This document shows, piece after piece, positions 26,301-39,590 of a stretch of DNA of 64,000 nt; position 1 is the first letter of the stretch; every line of letters begins with the position of its first letter. Source of the stretch: Lingula anatina. Its lineage: Eukaryota; Animalia; Brachiopoda. The notes under the pieces were generated by a model. The model did no database searches and was not told the origin of the DNA. It saw only the letters and a program-made list of their open reading frames with translations. A program made the position numbers and the translations under genes. Where the stretch lies: assembly GCA_051362555.1 (NCBI GenBank), contig CM120643.1, positions 1,798,001-1,862,000 on the forward strand, given 5' to 3'.

Positions 26301-29300
26301 GAGAGATGATTATATCAAGCCTGAGCTTAGGCTAAATTATATAGTATAGGAGTCTTTTTGAAAGGTTATGAAGTGTTAAACATGCCAAGAATTAAGGGAG
26401 GGTTCTCATGATGTTAAAGGACAATGTTCATGTAAAAATCCATTTCTCGAATTTTGAAGATACAGCACTCAATCTATACACTAGAGGTATGTTTTAATCG
26501 ATCCCCGCCATTTAAAAATTATAAAAACAATTTATTAGTAGAAAAAAAGCGTTTTAGTAAACCTCACCTCAATATGCAAAAATGAAGCAACAGATCTGGG
26601 TCACGTGGTACTGTGACGACAATCACGATAAAGGTCTATGAGACTCAACTGAGCTGCAGGTGCATACAGACGGAGAAGTTAAGGAAAGTTGTGTTGAACG
26701 GAGTTGAGGAATTTTCGTTATGCCTCGGTGTGTTGCCGTGGGATTCACCAAAATTTCAGCTCTCGTTGACAATCTTTCTTTGTCTGTGACGGTCTTCCAT
26801 GACTTACTTACTAACTTCGGTGACAATAGTTGCGATGCTCTAGATCATGGTCACCTCAGGTGGTTTAGATCATATCAAGAGCTGGTAGTCTTTCAGATTA
26901 ACTGTCAACAGTTGGCAAACTTACTGATTGCTGATGCATTTTAAATGCATTGTAGTTGACCAAAAGCTCGTTTACAACAAACCTGTTAATTATGCACCGC
27001 TGCAATTCCCAAGCCAGGTAATAACAGGTATGAAACTCGTCTTGGTGGGCTTTCATATTTTTCAATATATCTCATTTATTTCATGGGGTTATTTTATTGG
27101 TATTTGTAAATGACGTTAAATATCAATACTTAAACAATTAAGTTCAAACACGGTCGCGAACATTAATAAAAGAAATTGCTCTCAGGGTATCTTGAAGCTT
27201 CCGTGGAAGAAAACGTGTTGAGGAAAAACATATTAAAGAAAAAATGGGAACTGCTATAATAAAATGGTTCGTTATCCTAATTCGTTTATGCTTTGAGGAT
27301 TTGTTTCTGAAGATTATTTCATCTGAAATATTAAAGAATTTAAAAGATTGATTATTTTATAACTTGAAACGCAAATTCTGCGTCAATACGCAATTTTTTT
27401 TTTGCAAATTTGTAAGCTTATAACAACGTGCTATAAAGATCTACTCAAGAAAAAAATTTGCTTGGGTAAAATTGAGTACGGAATGAACTGGAGACACTTG
27501 GCTTGTCATTAAGTTTACACGAAAATATGTCAGGTAACTTTATACTGTCTTTGAAAGAGTAAAGATTGAAAGATAATTTTAGACAAACTTTGACGGGGGA
27601 AATACCTACAAAGAGTAATGGGCTATTTCGCCAACATCTTGTTGAAAATTTTACACTGCAATTCTATTCAAATAAGCTAAGGAACTAATTGCCAAATTAA
27701 TACTCTCATCACATAACAGGGGGGTAACCAGACCTGCAAAAATTGTACGCACATATTTAAAAAGATTACAAGCACATACAGCAAAAAGTAGACTTACGCA
27801 AAACATGAAGGACAGCGTAATCACAGCAAATGTACCTCATATAGTAGCTTAATTTCCATTAATAATAAAATCATTATTTAAGTCAAAAATATTCTTGCGA
27901 TTTAATAACTATTTTAATTTACCCAGAACGGTATATTTATTTTAAAGGCGGTTAACTGAAATATAGTTTTATGATTTGTTTGTGAAAATTGCCCATGTCA
28001 CCCTGTTAGTTTGGAGGTCTAAGCTGGATCAAGTCCGTGTTAACATTCCTATGAAGTTGTGCAGGAAAAATTCTTCCTTTCTTTCTCCAGCTCCTCGATA
28101 AACCTGGTGTTCAGATTTTATCTAGTACCCCCAGGTCTACGGGAGCTGCGCTTTGTAACTAACGCACAGGTAGATTTTTACCTGAGATAACTGGAGTAAA
28201 GCTTAGATAGAGAGTGCGTTCGATACAAGCAAGACAAATTGAATGCCATTTAACCCTCTAATTAAGAGGTAAAGGAAGTTCCAGGTAGATGGATGATTAA
28301 GATAGGACTTGTAAAGGTAACGGGCATTGTTTACCTCAGTTTAATAAAAGTATGCAAGACGGAGTGTCAGCGGTTTAATAAAATAAATTGAATTTCACAA
28401 ATAACATGGACCTCATATGCAATAATCAACATTTCCCTTAACTCATTCAAATGCAGTGTTTTATACAACTTGGGATAACCATTATGAAATGCTTGTTAAA
28501 GAAATGACTAGACGGGAAATGGTTTTACACAGCTTCACGAGGATTTAGACCCCTCCGGTAAGAGATTTGAATGAGTATGAACTTTTATCAGAAGCCAGAG
28601 AAGTCATCTTACAGGTAGACAATGCAGCTCAGTTTGACAGCTAAGCACACTCTGTTCTCCAGTGGCTCGATTGTCGTCATTAGACCACGTGACCACGTAG
28701 CTCATTAACTCCCAGGCCGAGCAAATAGGACGTTTTTTAAAGCCAAAAATTTACAAAATGAGCTTTTAATTTGTGTATTTGGATAAAGATATCGTTAGTT
28801 GGGCATGTTTTCTGAAGAATATGTTCCGTTCAGGCCATTCTGACGGCATGAAGCAAACCCTTTAAAGTTTCTCAGTGAACCTCCTCAGAAGAGGAAAAGA
28901 ACATTAAAATTATATTTTCCAGAAATGCATTGAAGCCACAAAATTTGTCTTTTTCCAATTGTTAAAAGAACTAAATAAAATTGGCAACAGATGTAACAAA
29001 AAATTCGATGCCAGTTGTTGACAAGGGTTAGGTGCTCCACCTGGTGGTAAACAACAGATGTAAGAATGCTTCTGATACCTGTCAACTGTGATGACAACTG
29101 TCACAGGGACTTTTGTGGTTCTGGTACAGCCCCCCCCTCCCCGCTCCCCCTCTCCCAGGTGGGGATGTTGGAGGGGGGGGTCAAATGAAGTGTTCTTTGC
29201 CTGGGAAAAGTTAAAATTTGATGCAGATACATGGGGCTGATACACGAAGGTTTTATGGTAGTAGGTCCAATTTTGAGAAGACCCCCCCCCCACCCCCTCC

Positions 29301-30031
29301 TTTGAAATTTCTAGCTCCGGGCTTGTAGTAGGTATCACTTCCACTCCTTTTGTCATTGATAAATCTATGTAAAAATTATTCCATTATCACAATGTAGTGC
29401 TGATTGTACCTTTTCTCAGAACTTAATTAAGTACACTGCATCTATAGAAAAGATGGTCAACTTGATTGCAATACTGCATGTCAAACATGCACTACTTAGC
29501 TAGATAGATTATGGCTGTGGCACCAATGTTAAAGACTGAGTGAATATGGTCTGTGGTTGGTACAGGGTATATATTCAGCGTTATGTAGACCTCTCCACAG
29601 GCTCTTCTGTCTGTGTTTATCCAATGTCCTGGTGTGTTTGCCTTGGACCATAGTACTGGGGTTAAATCACGGGATTGGAGTGGTAAGAATTTCCACTTCA
29701 TTAATGCTCAGTTCACCTCTGTTTTACTTAAATCATTTCGTCTCTATGATAGCAAGGAGCCCCTCACCCTTTAGGGTTACACCTTCATCAGCTCATGAAG
29801 TTGGGTTTTCTACACCAATTTAGACAGGTATTGAACTGTTTGGAGGAGTTAGTTCAACACGTTTAGGATCAGGTGTCTAACTGCAGAGTGGCTGGTTTTG
29901 TATCTAATGTATCACAGTAATAGTTGCTCCTGATCTACAAAAACCTAATCTCTAATGTCATTTTCTTTGACATATTGTACCTGCTAAATAGATCTCTTCA
30001 TTAAAATTTTACTAGTACTCCCCTTTCATGT

Positions 30032-30062
<31 letters not shown>

Positions 30063-30492
30063 GACAAGATAAAAGATATGATACAGAAAAAGACCAGGTA
30101 CCTTTTATGTAAAATAGGAACAATATGCAGCGTAAGAAAAAAGAAAAAAAAAACATCCCATGATAACAAATATGAGTTATTGTTTCGTGTCTGACATTAT
30201 CACAGCGAGTTCCACTTGTGCTGTAGAGTAATGTGTTGCATGGAAATATTACATGATTATGAAAATAAAGAGATAAGTTAGATTTATTACAAGCCAAGTA
30301 GTGTATGTTGTCTACACAAGCAGTAGACTACCAGTGGTATGCGATCTTCTCAGCTTGCTGCAGAAATGCAATTACACACAGATAGCCTAAGGACGTTGAA
30401 CTGGTGACTTCTTACCAGAAAGAGAAAACTTTGGGTGTTGGTTTTGTAAGGGAGACCAGATTATTTCTAACTTTGAAATAAAGATGGAGGAA

Positions 30493-30539
<47 letters not shown>

Positions 30540-33500
30540 GGGTCTTTACTCAGACCTGATGATTCATTTATGGTAATAGCTACAGGTAGTCAGAAGGTGG
30601 AAGTGAAGAAATAAAATTTGTATTTTACTCATCATTTATATTATATTATAGGCTACAGTTACTCAAACTTTGTCAGGGGGAGATTAAAACCACAAAAACA
30701 GAAATTACGAAACTGGTGACAAGCACTACTACAACAAACCTTCCCCAGTAAATTCCTTGCTGTTGGGAAGGCTGAAATGCAGGCTAATTATAGTTTGTCT
30801 CGCACTGGAAGGAGACATTTGCATTGAATGGAAAACAAGGAATTTGAGAAAAGATTTCAGCTAATTATATCTAGTTAAACCTGAGTCACAGCAGTTCTGG
30901 CCTTATTGCCTCCATTGTGTGGGGAAATTTTACGCTTGTTACACATTTTAATTGACAGGAGGCGGTAGCTGTTGCCATGGCTACCATTAGTTAGTTAAAT
31001 GACAAATTATCACGTAGCTCACATTTTAGACATATTTCAGTCATTAATTTTGGTTCTGGATGTCTGACCTTCCCTCAACCCACTCCTCTACAGAAAGCAT
31101 TCGACTAGAAAACTTTTCTCTGAACTTTTTTTTCAAGATGAAAGTTTAAAGCAACCTCTTCCAATTTCTGTCAATAAATGATGTTACTAGTATTATATAT
31201 ATTTTGCAGTAAAAGTTTACTACATTCTAGTACTTTTTGGCAGTGTGTTCATGAAAGTCACCAACGTGGAATTAAGACTTTTTTTTTCAAAATTCTTTTT
31301 GTCTTTTGATAAACAAGGTGCCCTCCTGCTGCCCAGAATATTTATATAAAAGTTTGTTTCCCTGGTCACCCAAGTTCCACCTTAGCCACAAAGTGCCCTG
31401 GCATGACACACATGTGCTGGGAAAGTTGTTGAGAGCTGAAGTATTTTGTTGGTCCTTGGGTCCATTGTTCATAATTGGATAAAATGGTGTGTTTGCCTGT
31501 GTTGACAGAAAGAATATGGTAGCAGATATATAGTGTTTATGAGAGCAGGACAGGGTGTTTAGAATATATACAAAATAAGAATCTACTCCACTTATGATTA
31601 ATTGTAAAATTTTCAACCTTTTCCTTGTTTGACATGAGAACACGTACTATCATCTCAGTCTTCAAAGATGAAACTCATTTCTGCAGTTATTTCATGCACT
31701 ACCAGATAATGAGAGGAAAAAAATCTAGCATTTTCGACCCCGTGTATTGGTTAATTTGTAGGTTAACAATGCAGTGTAAAGCAGTCCTGTTTCTTCCAGT
31801 ATCTTGATATTAAAATCCAGTGTTTTAGCAGCTCAGCTGGCCTGAGAGGGTGTTACATGGACTATAGGGTCAGACTGGACAGGAAAGCCTGCATGTTATC
31901 AGCTGGGTGTTGTTTTAATTGGACTTAATGGAAAACCTTTTACTTTGAGAGCTATAGAGGAGAGACGGTTCATGTTCAGTTGTTATTGGTATCATTTGAG
32001 CTGTTCCTATACTGTCAGTGTTGGGAGATCACAGAGCATTTTCGTCAGCATGCCAAGTTATTAATTGTTCTTTTCATGGGCAATAGATCAACATTTTATT
32101 TATGAAATATGTAGGGTTTTCCTGTTTCAATTTGCATTGTGTAAATTATTCTCTCATTTGCAAAATACACACCCCAAACTGTTGAAAGAATGAACCAGGT
32201 AATGTATGTTTTCTCTTTAAAAAAGCTTTCCCTCAAACCAGGTAGAGTCTCATACAGAACGAATATCTAATAAACGGTATATATTAGATCTGAGTACAGA
32301 ATAACCCTTCACAAAGTTTTAGTGCACTTGCTGTTGGCTCTCCATTTCTCCAGACCTGTGGGAGATCATTATCAGTCTAGCTGTCTGGTCCTATCAGACA
32401 TTACCAACTTTTCCAGTCAGCTTGGGTTGGGGTTGAAGGATTACAGGAAGGAAACTATCTTCTTGGTGGTCTCTTCTTCATTTTGGTGGTTCACCTTAGA
32501 CGGATGTGTATCCCTTGTGTAAACCTGATGCTCTCTCAGAACAGATGAACTGATATATTTTGTTAAAATAAAATCATAATATTCTGTGTGATATCTTCTA
32601 TTTACAAAAATCATATTTACACACACAATACAATTTTCTAGAAACAGATGAAATGGTCCCTTTTTTTCTGAAAAGAGTAGGAAGAGATGTTGGTAACAAC
32701 AAAATCACAAACTGTACTAATAACAGAATGTTCCTTGTAAGAAAGATTGTTGCAAGAGGTAATACATTCAACATTTCTCATCTTTAGAATGCCCTGAAGA
32801 TATTACATAAGACCTGTAAGAAATTCAAATTCTTAAAAAAATTTCAAAGCATTTTTGTACACAGAAAATATGCATATTGGCCAAATGTTTTATCAGAACA
32901 AAAGAAATTGCTACAGGAAAATTAATGATGACAAAATAATGGTGCCTGGTAGTTGCACTTCCCATTGCCATTTTTTTCTTCTTTTTTTAGCCCAGTTGGC
33001 ATGTCGCCTTCTTCCTGCTGGCAAAAATGCTACTCTGTTCTTAGTGTGCACTTTGAAAGTCGACAGATCTATGGACGTTGTGTGTGTTGTAACTCTTGTC
33101 GTCAGCTGGAGGCTTGTACCCTTTTGGCCACCAGTAATTTGGTAGAGGGCAGTTAGTGTGTATTAAAGTTCAGATGAAATGGAAGTGATTATTGACTGTG
33201 AAAAACAAGGAAAAAAAATATGATAACAATTGTCTTTCCACAAAGACTAATAGAAAACAATATCATGTGATTAGGACAATGTTGTGTCTACTTACGAAAA
33301 CAGGCTTGTACTGCTTGTCTAGGTCAGGATGTGATTTGTTATCTCCCTCTTTCCCCCTCTCTCCCCCTCCCCCCTTTCAATCTCTCTCTCTCTCACTCTC
33401 TCTCTCTCTGTCCTGTATTTAGTTCATTCTTAATGCTGTTCTTGTGAGAGAATTATTTGGGTTATTGTCCCGTCATGTACCAGTTGACTCAGTGTCGTAA

Positions 33501-36308
33501 TTTTATATAATATGTGCACAAATATTCTCCCTCGGTGAGTGTAATCAGGGGGCATCTCTACATGGTTATAACTCATGAACATATTTCAAATACCAACAAC
33601 ATATTTCAAGCACCAACCAATATTTCATTTCTGTCAAGTTTTATCACATTTAGAAACAAAAATGTACTTAGAATTTGAATCGCTTTAAAGAACTTTGAAA
33701 TTGACTCTTTATCATGAACCAAATATTGCTATGTGCAAATTTGATTTATCAGTGTTGCATGAATTCTGCTAAAAATGAGCTCAATACTCAAAAGAAGTAC
33801 TAAATACATTACACAAGGAGGGACAATATTCCCCTCTAAAGGAGCGACACAGAGTGACTAGTCTAGGCAGGGTGACATTTATGTTCATTATTCATATCTC
33901 ATCTACTGATTATGTCTCCATTATGTATGCAGCAGCATCTAGGAAGGAATGTCATGGCCTCTGCCACCTTGTGTACCTAACTACAGAGGAGAAAGAAAGG
34001 CCATTTTCTCCATTTGATCTTCTTTTTAGTAAGCAGTGTTAAAAAGACCAGCTCATTGCCTTTGGTACTTTCCAGACAGTCTTTATAGAATGTTTCTGTA
34101 GGAATATTGGGCTTTCAAAGAGAAAGGACAAATTTCAACCAATATTGAATTATTTATTTCATTTATTTTTATTTATTGATTTGTTTGTTTTCTAAATACA
34201 TTTGTTTTTCTTCATTACACCTCAAGTTTGAGTAATTTTGGACTCAGATTCGTGACAGTTCTCACTAACATTGGTTTCACCCCTCAATTTTCAGGACAGT
34301 AGAGTACAAATAAAGCACAGACATTATCTTAACAAACTCCTCCTGAGACACAATATTTCCCTTTTTTCTGCAGAGATATGTCACCAAAATTATGTTATCC
34401 ATTTCACATCTTTGACCCTAGGAGAGCCTTCCTGCTGTGCCACCATGTCAAATAGCATCTAACAGTTAGGCATGAACTCTTAATCAGATTCTGCCTAACT
34501 GTTATATACATTGCCTTTCCCTGAACTTTTCTGTTTAGATGGCATTATAAATCTATAAATAGGATAAAATGTTATCTTTGTAAGCCTAGATATTAATGGT
34601 TTATAGAGTTGTTAAATTGTGGGTTTGTGATTTAGGTTGTAAGGGAGAAAGCTGCACATTTGTCTAAATATTCTCTTCTGGGTGCTTAGTTAGGTAAACA
34701 GTTTGCTATTAAACTGGAGTAAGAGCGCATTCTCAACGAATTAAGCCAGGCTTTACAAAGCCGGTGACCTAAAAATGGCGGACGTACATGAAAGAAAAAC
34801 CGCCTAATCTTTTAATAGTCTCTCCGCCTCTCACACGCCTCCCCACACGTCGTCCCTGCGGGGTACAGTAATTAAATCTCGGCTCCGAACATTAATATTT
34901 TCCGTGAATATCTCTGGTGATATTATCTCCGTAGATAGTCGATTCATTGCTGCTCTACGGGCCAAATTATTCCTTTTTCGTCTCTGTTTTCAAACATAAT
35001 AGAACAGAAGAGCTTTTTTCCTTCGATCGCCTTCAGCCGCCATGCTTTCTTCACCACGAGTTTAACTGATGAGCATGCGCACTTAATATTTCTCAGGTAG
35101 CTTCCGCATGGCGAACGGAGCCGAGATTTAATTACTGTACCCCGCAGGGACGACGTGTGGGGAGGCGGAGAGACTATTAAAAGATTAGGCGGTTTTTCTT
35201 TCATGTACGTCCGCCATTTTTAGGTCACCAGCTTTGTAAAGCCTGGCTTAATTCGTTGAGAATGCGCTCTAAGAGGAATGGTATGTGTATTGTGAACTGC
35301 TTAGGTTACAATGGAATCTGATGACTTGGGTTTCCCATTGGATTCTGATTCTGTGAATGTAAAAATAAATTTGAGTACTATATTAATTATTGAATTAAGC
35401 AAAATTGAGTAAGAAGTAATTCTGTAACATCAGAAATATATTTTTTATTGTCTTCTCACATGAGTTGTAACATTTTTATGTTATATAGTTCTTGGTCTAT
35501 TCTTTAGTTGATAAAGAGAACTTGTAAATGAATATTGTTTTGTTAAATTTCTGTGTGAAGAAATTTAACTTTTTAAAACCATGATGGCATTATATATTGT
35601 TAATTCAATATTTCAGGAGAAAGCTGGGCGGAATTCAATGGCTATGGAACGTTTGGGAAGCGTCGCAATCCAATCATCAGTAAGCTTATCAAAGAAGAAG
35701 TCAAGCCAAGGCCTCACATCGCTATTAGCTTGCCAGAGGATTTCCGAAGGGTGTCGGCCATTATTGACGTAGACATTGTACCTGAGACTCACAGACGAGT
35801 GAAACTATGCAAAAACGGTTCAGACAAGCCTCTAGGTTTTTACATTCGGGATGGCACCAGTGTACGGGTGACCCCTCATGGACTGGAAAAGGTACCAGGA
35901 ATTTTTATTTCTCGGTTGGTGCCAGGTGGTCTGGCCGAGAGCACGGGGTTGTTAGCTGTGAACGACGAGGTTCTGGAGGTAAACGGTATTGAGGTTGGGG
36001 GCAAAACGTTGGACCAAGTGACTGATATGATGGTGGCTAATAGCTCCAACCTCATCATCACTGTCAAACCTGTCAATCAGAGGAACAATCCTGTACCGAA
36101 ACGAGGAGGTGTTGGACGCGATTCGCAAATGTCGCACGCCTCTCAGATGTCTATGGGGTCCACCGTTTCCGTGGCTTCTCAGGAAAGTGATGAAATTCGT
36201 ATTGTTGAGGAGGAAGATGATGATGTGAAGGACCATACGCAACTGATAAATGATACGAGCCCAACAACAAGTGAAAAAGACCAGGACAGTGCAGTGGTGA
36301 CATTATAG
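17019..36308 (+). CDS. PARD6: Partitioning defective 6 (Par-6): PB1, semi-CRIB and PDZ domains
   Basis: Exons 17019-17081 ([21 protein letters not shown]), 24817-25042 (FEAEFRRFS...[10 protein letters not shown]), 35617-36308 ([69 protein letters not shown]...VVTL*). Canonical three-exon Par-6 structure. Confidence 0.97.
18235..18455. repeat. Minisatellite, ~81-bp unit x ~2.7
   Basis: ttttcaccaccagattctcagggtgtggggtagtgttataacaggttggcttctgtgttaccagtcaggttctctggactg repeated. Confidence 0.9.
21184..21408. mobile_element. PIF/Harbinger-type MITE, family A copy 2 (inverted relative to copy 1)
   Basis: Near reverse complement of 13831-14055; TSD CAA. Confidence 0.85.
22077..22272. mobile_element. 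Degenerate MITE-like repeat related to family A
   Basis: Matches 4940-5460 minus the insertion; shares gcttagacgtctgggacgcctactgtaaagctg-type core with family A. Confidence 0.55.
23261..23302. repeat. (CA)n microsatellite
   Basis: About 21 consecutive AC units. Confidence 0.95.
24248..24450. mobile_element. PIF/Harbinger-type MITE with ~50-bp TIRs
   Basis: gactccgttcacatgaaaaatctattttctattcgcggtatcttgtgatcac versus gtgatcacaagatacggcgaatagaaaatagattttt...tttttcatgtgaacgaagcc; TSD CAA. Confidence 0.8.
25301..25501. mobile_element. hAT-type MITE
   Basis: Termini caggggttttt / aaaacccttg flanked by a near-perfect 8-bp TSD cctacctg / cctacttg. Confidence 0.6.
25510..25670. mobile_element. Harbinger-type MITE family B (degenerate)
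   Basis: gcattcaga..tcaaatatggccgacc ... atatttga..ggactagtt..tccactgttctg; similar to 45323-45502 and 38348-38522. Confidence 0.65.
26418..28861 (+). mobile_element. Decayed Kolobok-type DNA transposon with THAP-domain remnant
   Basis: TTAA|aggacaatgttcatg ... catgaagcaaaccct|TTAA; subterminal inverted blocks gtcacgtggt..tgacgacaatc (~26600-26623) and gattgtcgtca..accacgtgac (~28670-28693); MPRCVAVG at 26720 resembles a THAP N-terminus, with disrupted KW...RLC...SEDYF remnants near 27240-27320. Confidence 0.65.
30495..30543. repeat. (GT)n followed by poly-G
   Basis: Direct observation. Confidence 0.9.
34723..35269. mobile_element. Foldback Harbinger-type MITE with ~155-165-bp near-perfect TIRs
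   Basis: TAA|gagcgcattctcaacgaattaagccaggctttacaaagc...ctcggctccg and its reverse complement ending gagaatgcgctc|TAA. Confidence 0.9.
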
Positions 36309-38347
36309 TGCCCACCACTGTTTTGTTGAGTCACACATATTTACTTTCTGAAACAGTTGTTGACCCCTTTCATGGTATGTCAGATATTCAGATATGGGGA
36401 AAAGAACACGTGTAAAGATGATTGACCAATATATTTTTATAAAAATGAAGATATAGACAATTTTAAAGATAATGACGCTGTAGCCCATGCTTTGCAAGTC
36501 ACTCTAGCCAGGAGAGAACTTCATCAGCAGCTGAAGTATTCCCCAAGTTAGAAGTATATGGAAATCGTATAAATATGAAGAAAAAGCCAGAGAAGTAGAG
36601 GCAGAATTTGCTTAGAAGAAAAACAGTGAAAATGTGAAATATTGAAGATAAATGCAAAGATATTTGACTAAGGACTTGGATTGTATCTTGTGAAGTTCTT
36701 AATGCCTTTCAGTGCATGCTAAGAGAACGTATTTGGTCACACTGAAAAAGTGTGCATTTGCAGCTAAAAAAAATTACAGTTTGTGCTTAGAAATTACCAA
36801 AACAACTTCAGTGCTTCAAGTCACAGCAAAAAGAAAAATATTCACTGTTGACTAATGAAAGGGTTTTTGTACTGAAGACTGATGTGTATATTTGACAAGT
36901 AGAGTAGTATGTAATTTAAGGTTACAATGACATAAGGTTGAAAAAAAGATTTAAAAAGATAGGAAGAGCCATGTTTGAGGTAGATATATTTATATCTTTA
37001 CATGTAAGATTCACAATTGGTCAAGGTTACATTGTAGGAAAGCAGGTTAGCAATTAGATGGATTCACGTTATTTTGAAAGATTTAGGATGTGGAAAGCAT
37101 TTAGAGAAGTAGGTGTAGAACAAGAAACTCCCGTTGAATTGAACTTCTGCTCTAACTTGTATGCATAATATTTGGAAGATCCTTAAAGTGTATAAAATGT
37201 AAACAAGGCTTATCCTGCAAATATGAAATTTTATCAAAATTTTAGACTGAAGAAGTGAAAAGAAGGTTATTTCATTTCTTCAATTTTTCATTGCAAAGAC
37301 CCCAAATTTTTTATATAGGTACAAGGTATTTGGTCACTTGCAAGAACCAGTTCAGTACTTGTGTATTGATAAGTGACTGGTTTGAGAATACAAGACTTCA
37401 CAGTGGGAGTGAATGTGACAAACTGCTGAAAAAAATCTGATCTTCCATGAAAAAATGAACAGCAACGATTAAATGGGACTTTGTCCGAGATTAAATGGTA
37501 GCAAAAATATTCAAATTGTTTCAAAACAGATTTTATTTCAGATAACAAGTATTGAAGCCAAGAGAAACTCCCACTTTGGATAAACTTTAGTAAATTCTTT
37601 CTAAGATCAAAAATACAGATTGTTTCTATACATTCACTGTTTAAATGACTTTACCAATTAAATTTTGGCCAAGACCACAATTGAAATGGAATATTTTGTT
37701 GACACTATTGATAGAGTTATGTATACATAAAGATATGTACATTGTATTATATATATGGTATGCTGACAGAAAAAATGGAAAACCACAACTCAAAGTAGAA
37801 TACAGCATTTTTATCAATATTTTCATTTACTTTTATCGTTCTTACATTTGTTCTGTTAATCATCTTGTGTGTTTAAAGATCTTGTCTGAGATTGGTACCA
37901 TTCATTTCATGTCTAGGTTAACTATTTAGATAGAGAAATATTTATGGTTAAAAACAATTTTTTCACCTTGGTCAGGTTGTGTCTATGTTGATTTCATTTC
38001 TCAAGGTAACTTTCTGAACAATATAATTATAATTTTCCAGAAAATATTTACTGTTTATCATAATTATACATATAAAAACAAGTGATTTAAATTTACATAT
38101 CATTTGAAATTTTATATATGAAGTATATATTTCAACAGTTACAAGAATATGGGAACATATGGTTCAGATTATGAAGTAATTGATTAACTGTTAAAGCTGG
38201 GAATTGTGTGGACGTCTATTTTCACTGTGAAAAAACCAGTGGGCCCAGAGAAGCACATTACTACCCATTGATTCATGTAAAACACTGTAGTGTGCATAAT
38301 GTTTGTTTGGTAAGATTAATGCATTAAGCAATATATTTATGTTCTTA

Positions 38348-38522
38348 GGACGCATTCAGAACGTTGGACTAATTGATCTGAGGGTCAAATATGGCGACCC
38401 ACCAAAAAGCTTGCCATCTTATCTGCTTATAGACAGTGAATAGATTCCGCATAGGGAATTATTCAAGTTGGTTGGCCATATTTGACTCTTGGACTAGTTA
38501 GTCCACTGTTCTGAATGCAGTT
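38348..38522. mobile_element. Harbinger-type MITE family B, downstream of the PARD6 stop
   Basis: ggacgcattcagaac.ttggactaa..gggtcaaatatggc / gccatatttgactc..ggactagttagtccactgttctgaatgc; preceded by TTA. Confidence 0.75.
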
Positions 38523-39584
38523 AGTAAGATTCTCATTTCACAAATGCAATATGGTTGTTATATCTGAAACTGCTGGCTTGATAGCTCAAGGTTGTATCAC
38601 CTAGATCTAGACCCCAGATAGTACACTTACAAAACTAATCATGATTTCACAAATGTTTAACCTGGATAAGACAATGAGGGAATAAACAGAATTAGAAGTC
38701 TTCATGCCAGGAGCTTTTTGTGTAAAGAATAACTGAGCTTACAAATCTTGCAATAGAGAAATATTCAGAAAAAAATTGTATGTAATTCATTTGTCATTAC
38801 TACTAATTATAATTACACTTGACAGAGATGTATGAACCCCAATTCCTGCTCATAGTATTTAGTCAAGTATGTTTATTGGTTCACTATGAATTTTTTTCTC
38901 TGAAATTGAAGGATAATAGATTTGTCAAGGAAATTAAACTTTGACCTCAGTTTTTGCTGAGAATTGTACTTTTTATGTGCATAGGAGAATGGGAGTCTAT
39001 ATTTTATTTCACAACTTGGCTAATTTTACATCTCTTCCTTCTTCACCATCATTCCCTGGACTTCCAAAATGGTTCTTATCGTACTTTTTTTCCCCAGAAG
39101 TACTTCATTGCATGCACAGTCTATATCATATAATTTTTATTATGTATTCATAAAGAATTCATATTACTTGAATGCCGGATTTGGCTTATGATAGTAGAAA
39201 AATACTACTAGTTTTTGCCTAAGAAACATTCACTGAAACCAGTTGTTATTGTATATATTGTAAATTTTCAAGTGTAGATACATCTTTTTCTAAACGGCTT
39301 ACATAGTTAAACCAATCATTGCACAGACTTGTCAATCTTGATTGATAATGAAACGGACTATAGATGGTGACACTAAGCAAGATGGGCCTCATTTTGTACT
39401 TGTCTGATCAGCAAAAGAAAAAATATGTGAAAAGAATTTTTATGGATAAATACATAGAAATGCCAGTCTACCAGTTGGTGATTGGTGTAATGTGGTAAGA
39501 AGTCATTCATTAAATTTTGTATGTGATATTCACGTACAGGAGCAGGCCATCACAATTCTGTAACATCTGTGGCATTTAATGGAC

Positions 39585-39590
39585 AATAAA
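39585..39590 (+). terminator. Candidate distal PARD6 polyadenylation signal AATAAA
   Basis: AATAAA followed by a GT-rich stretch, ~380 bp from a convergent minus-strand AATAAA at 39965-39970 (TCAIM candidate). Confidence 0.4.

Noticed and set aside
28910-29356. 148-aa minus-strand ORF
   Set aside because: Crosses poly-C/G tracts of a probable repeat fragment; non-coding composition.
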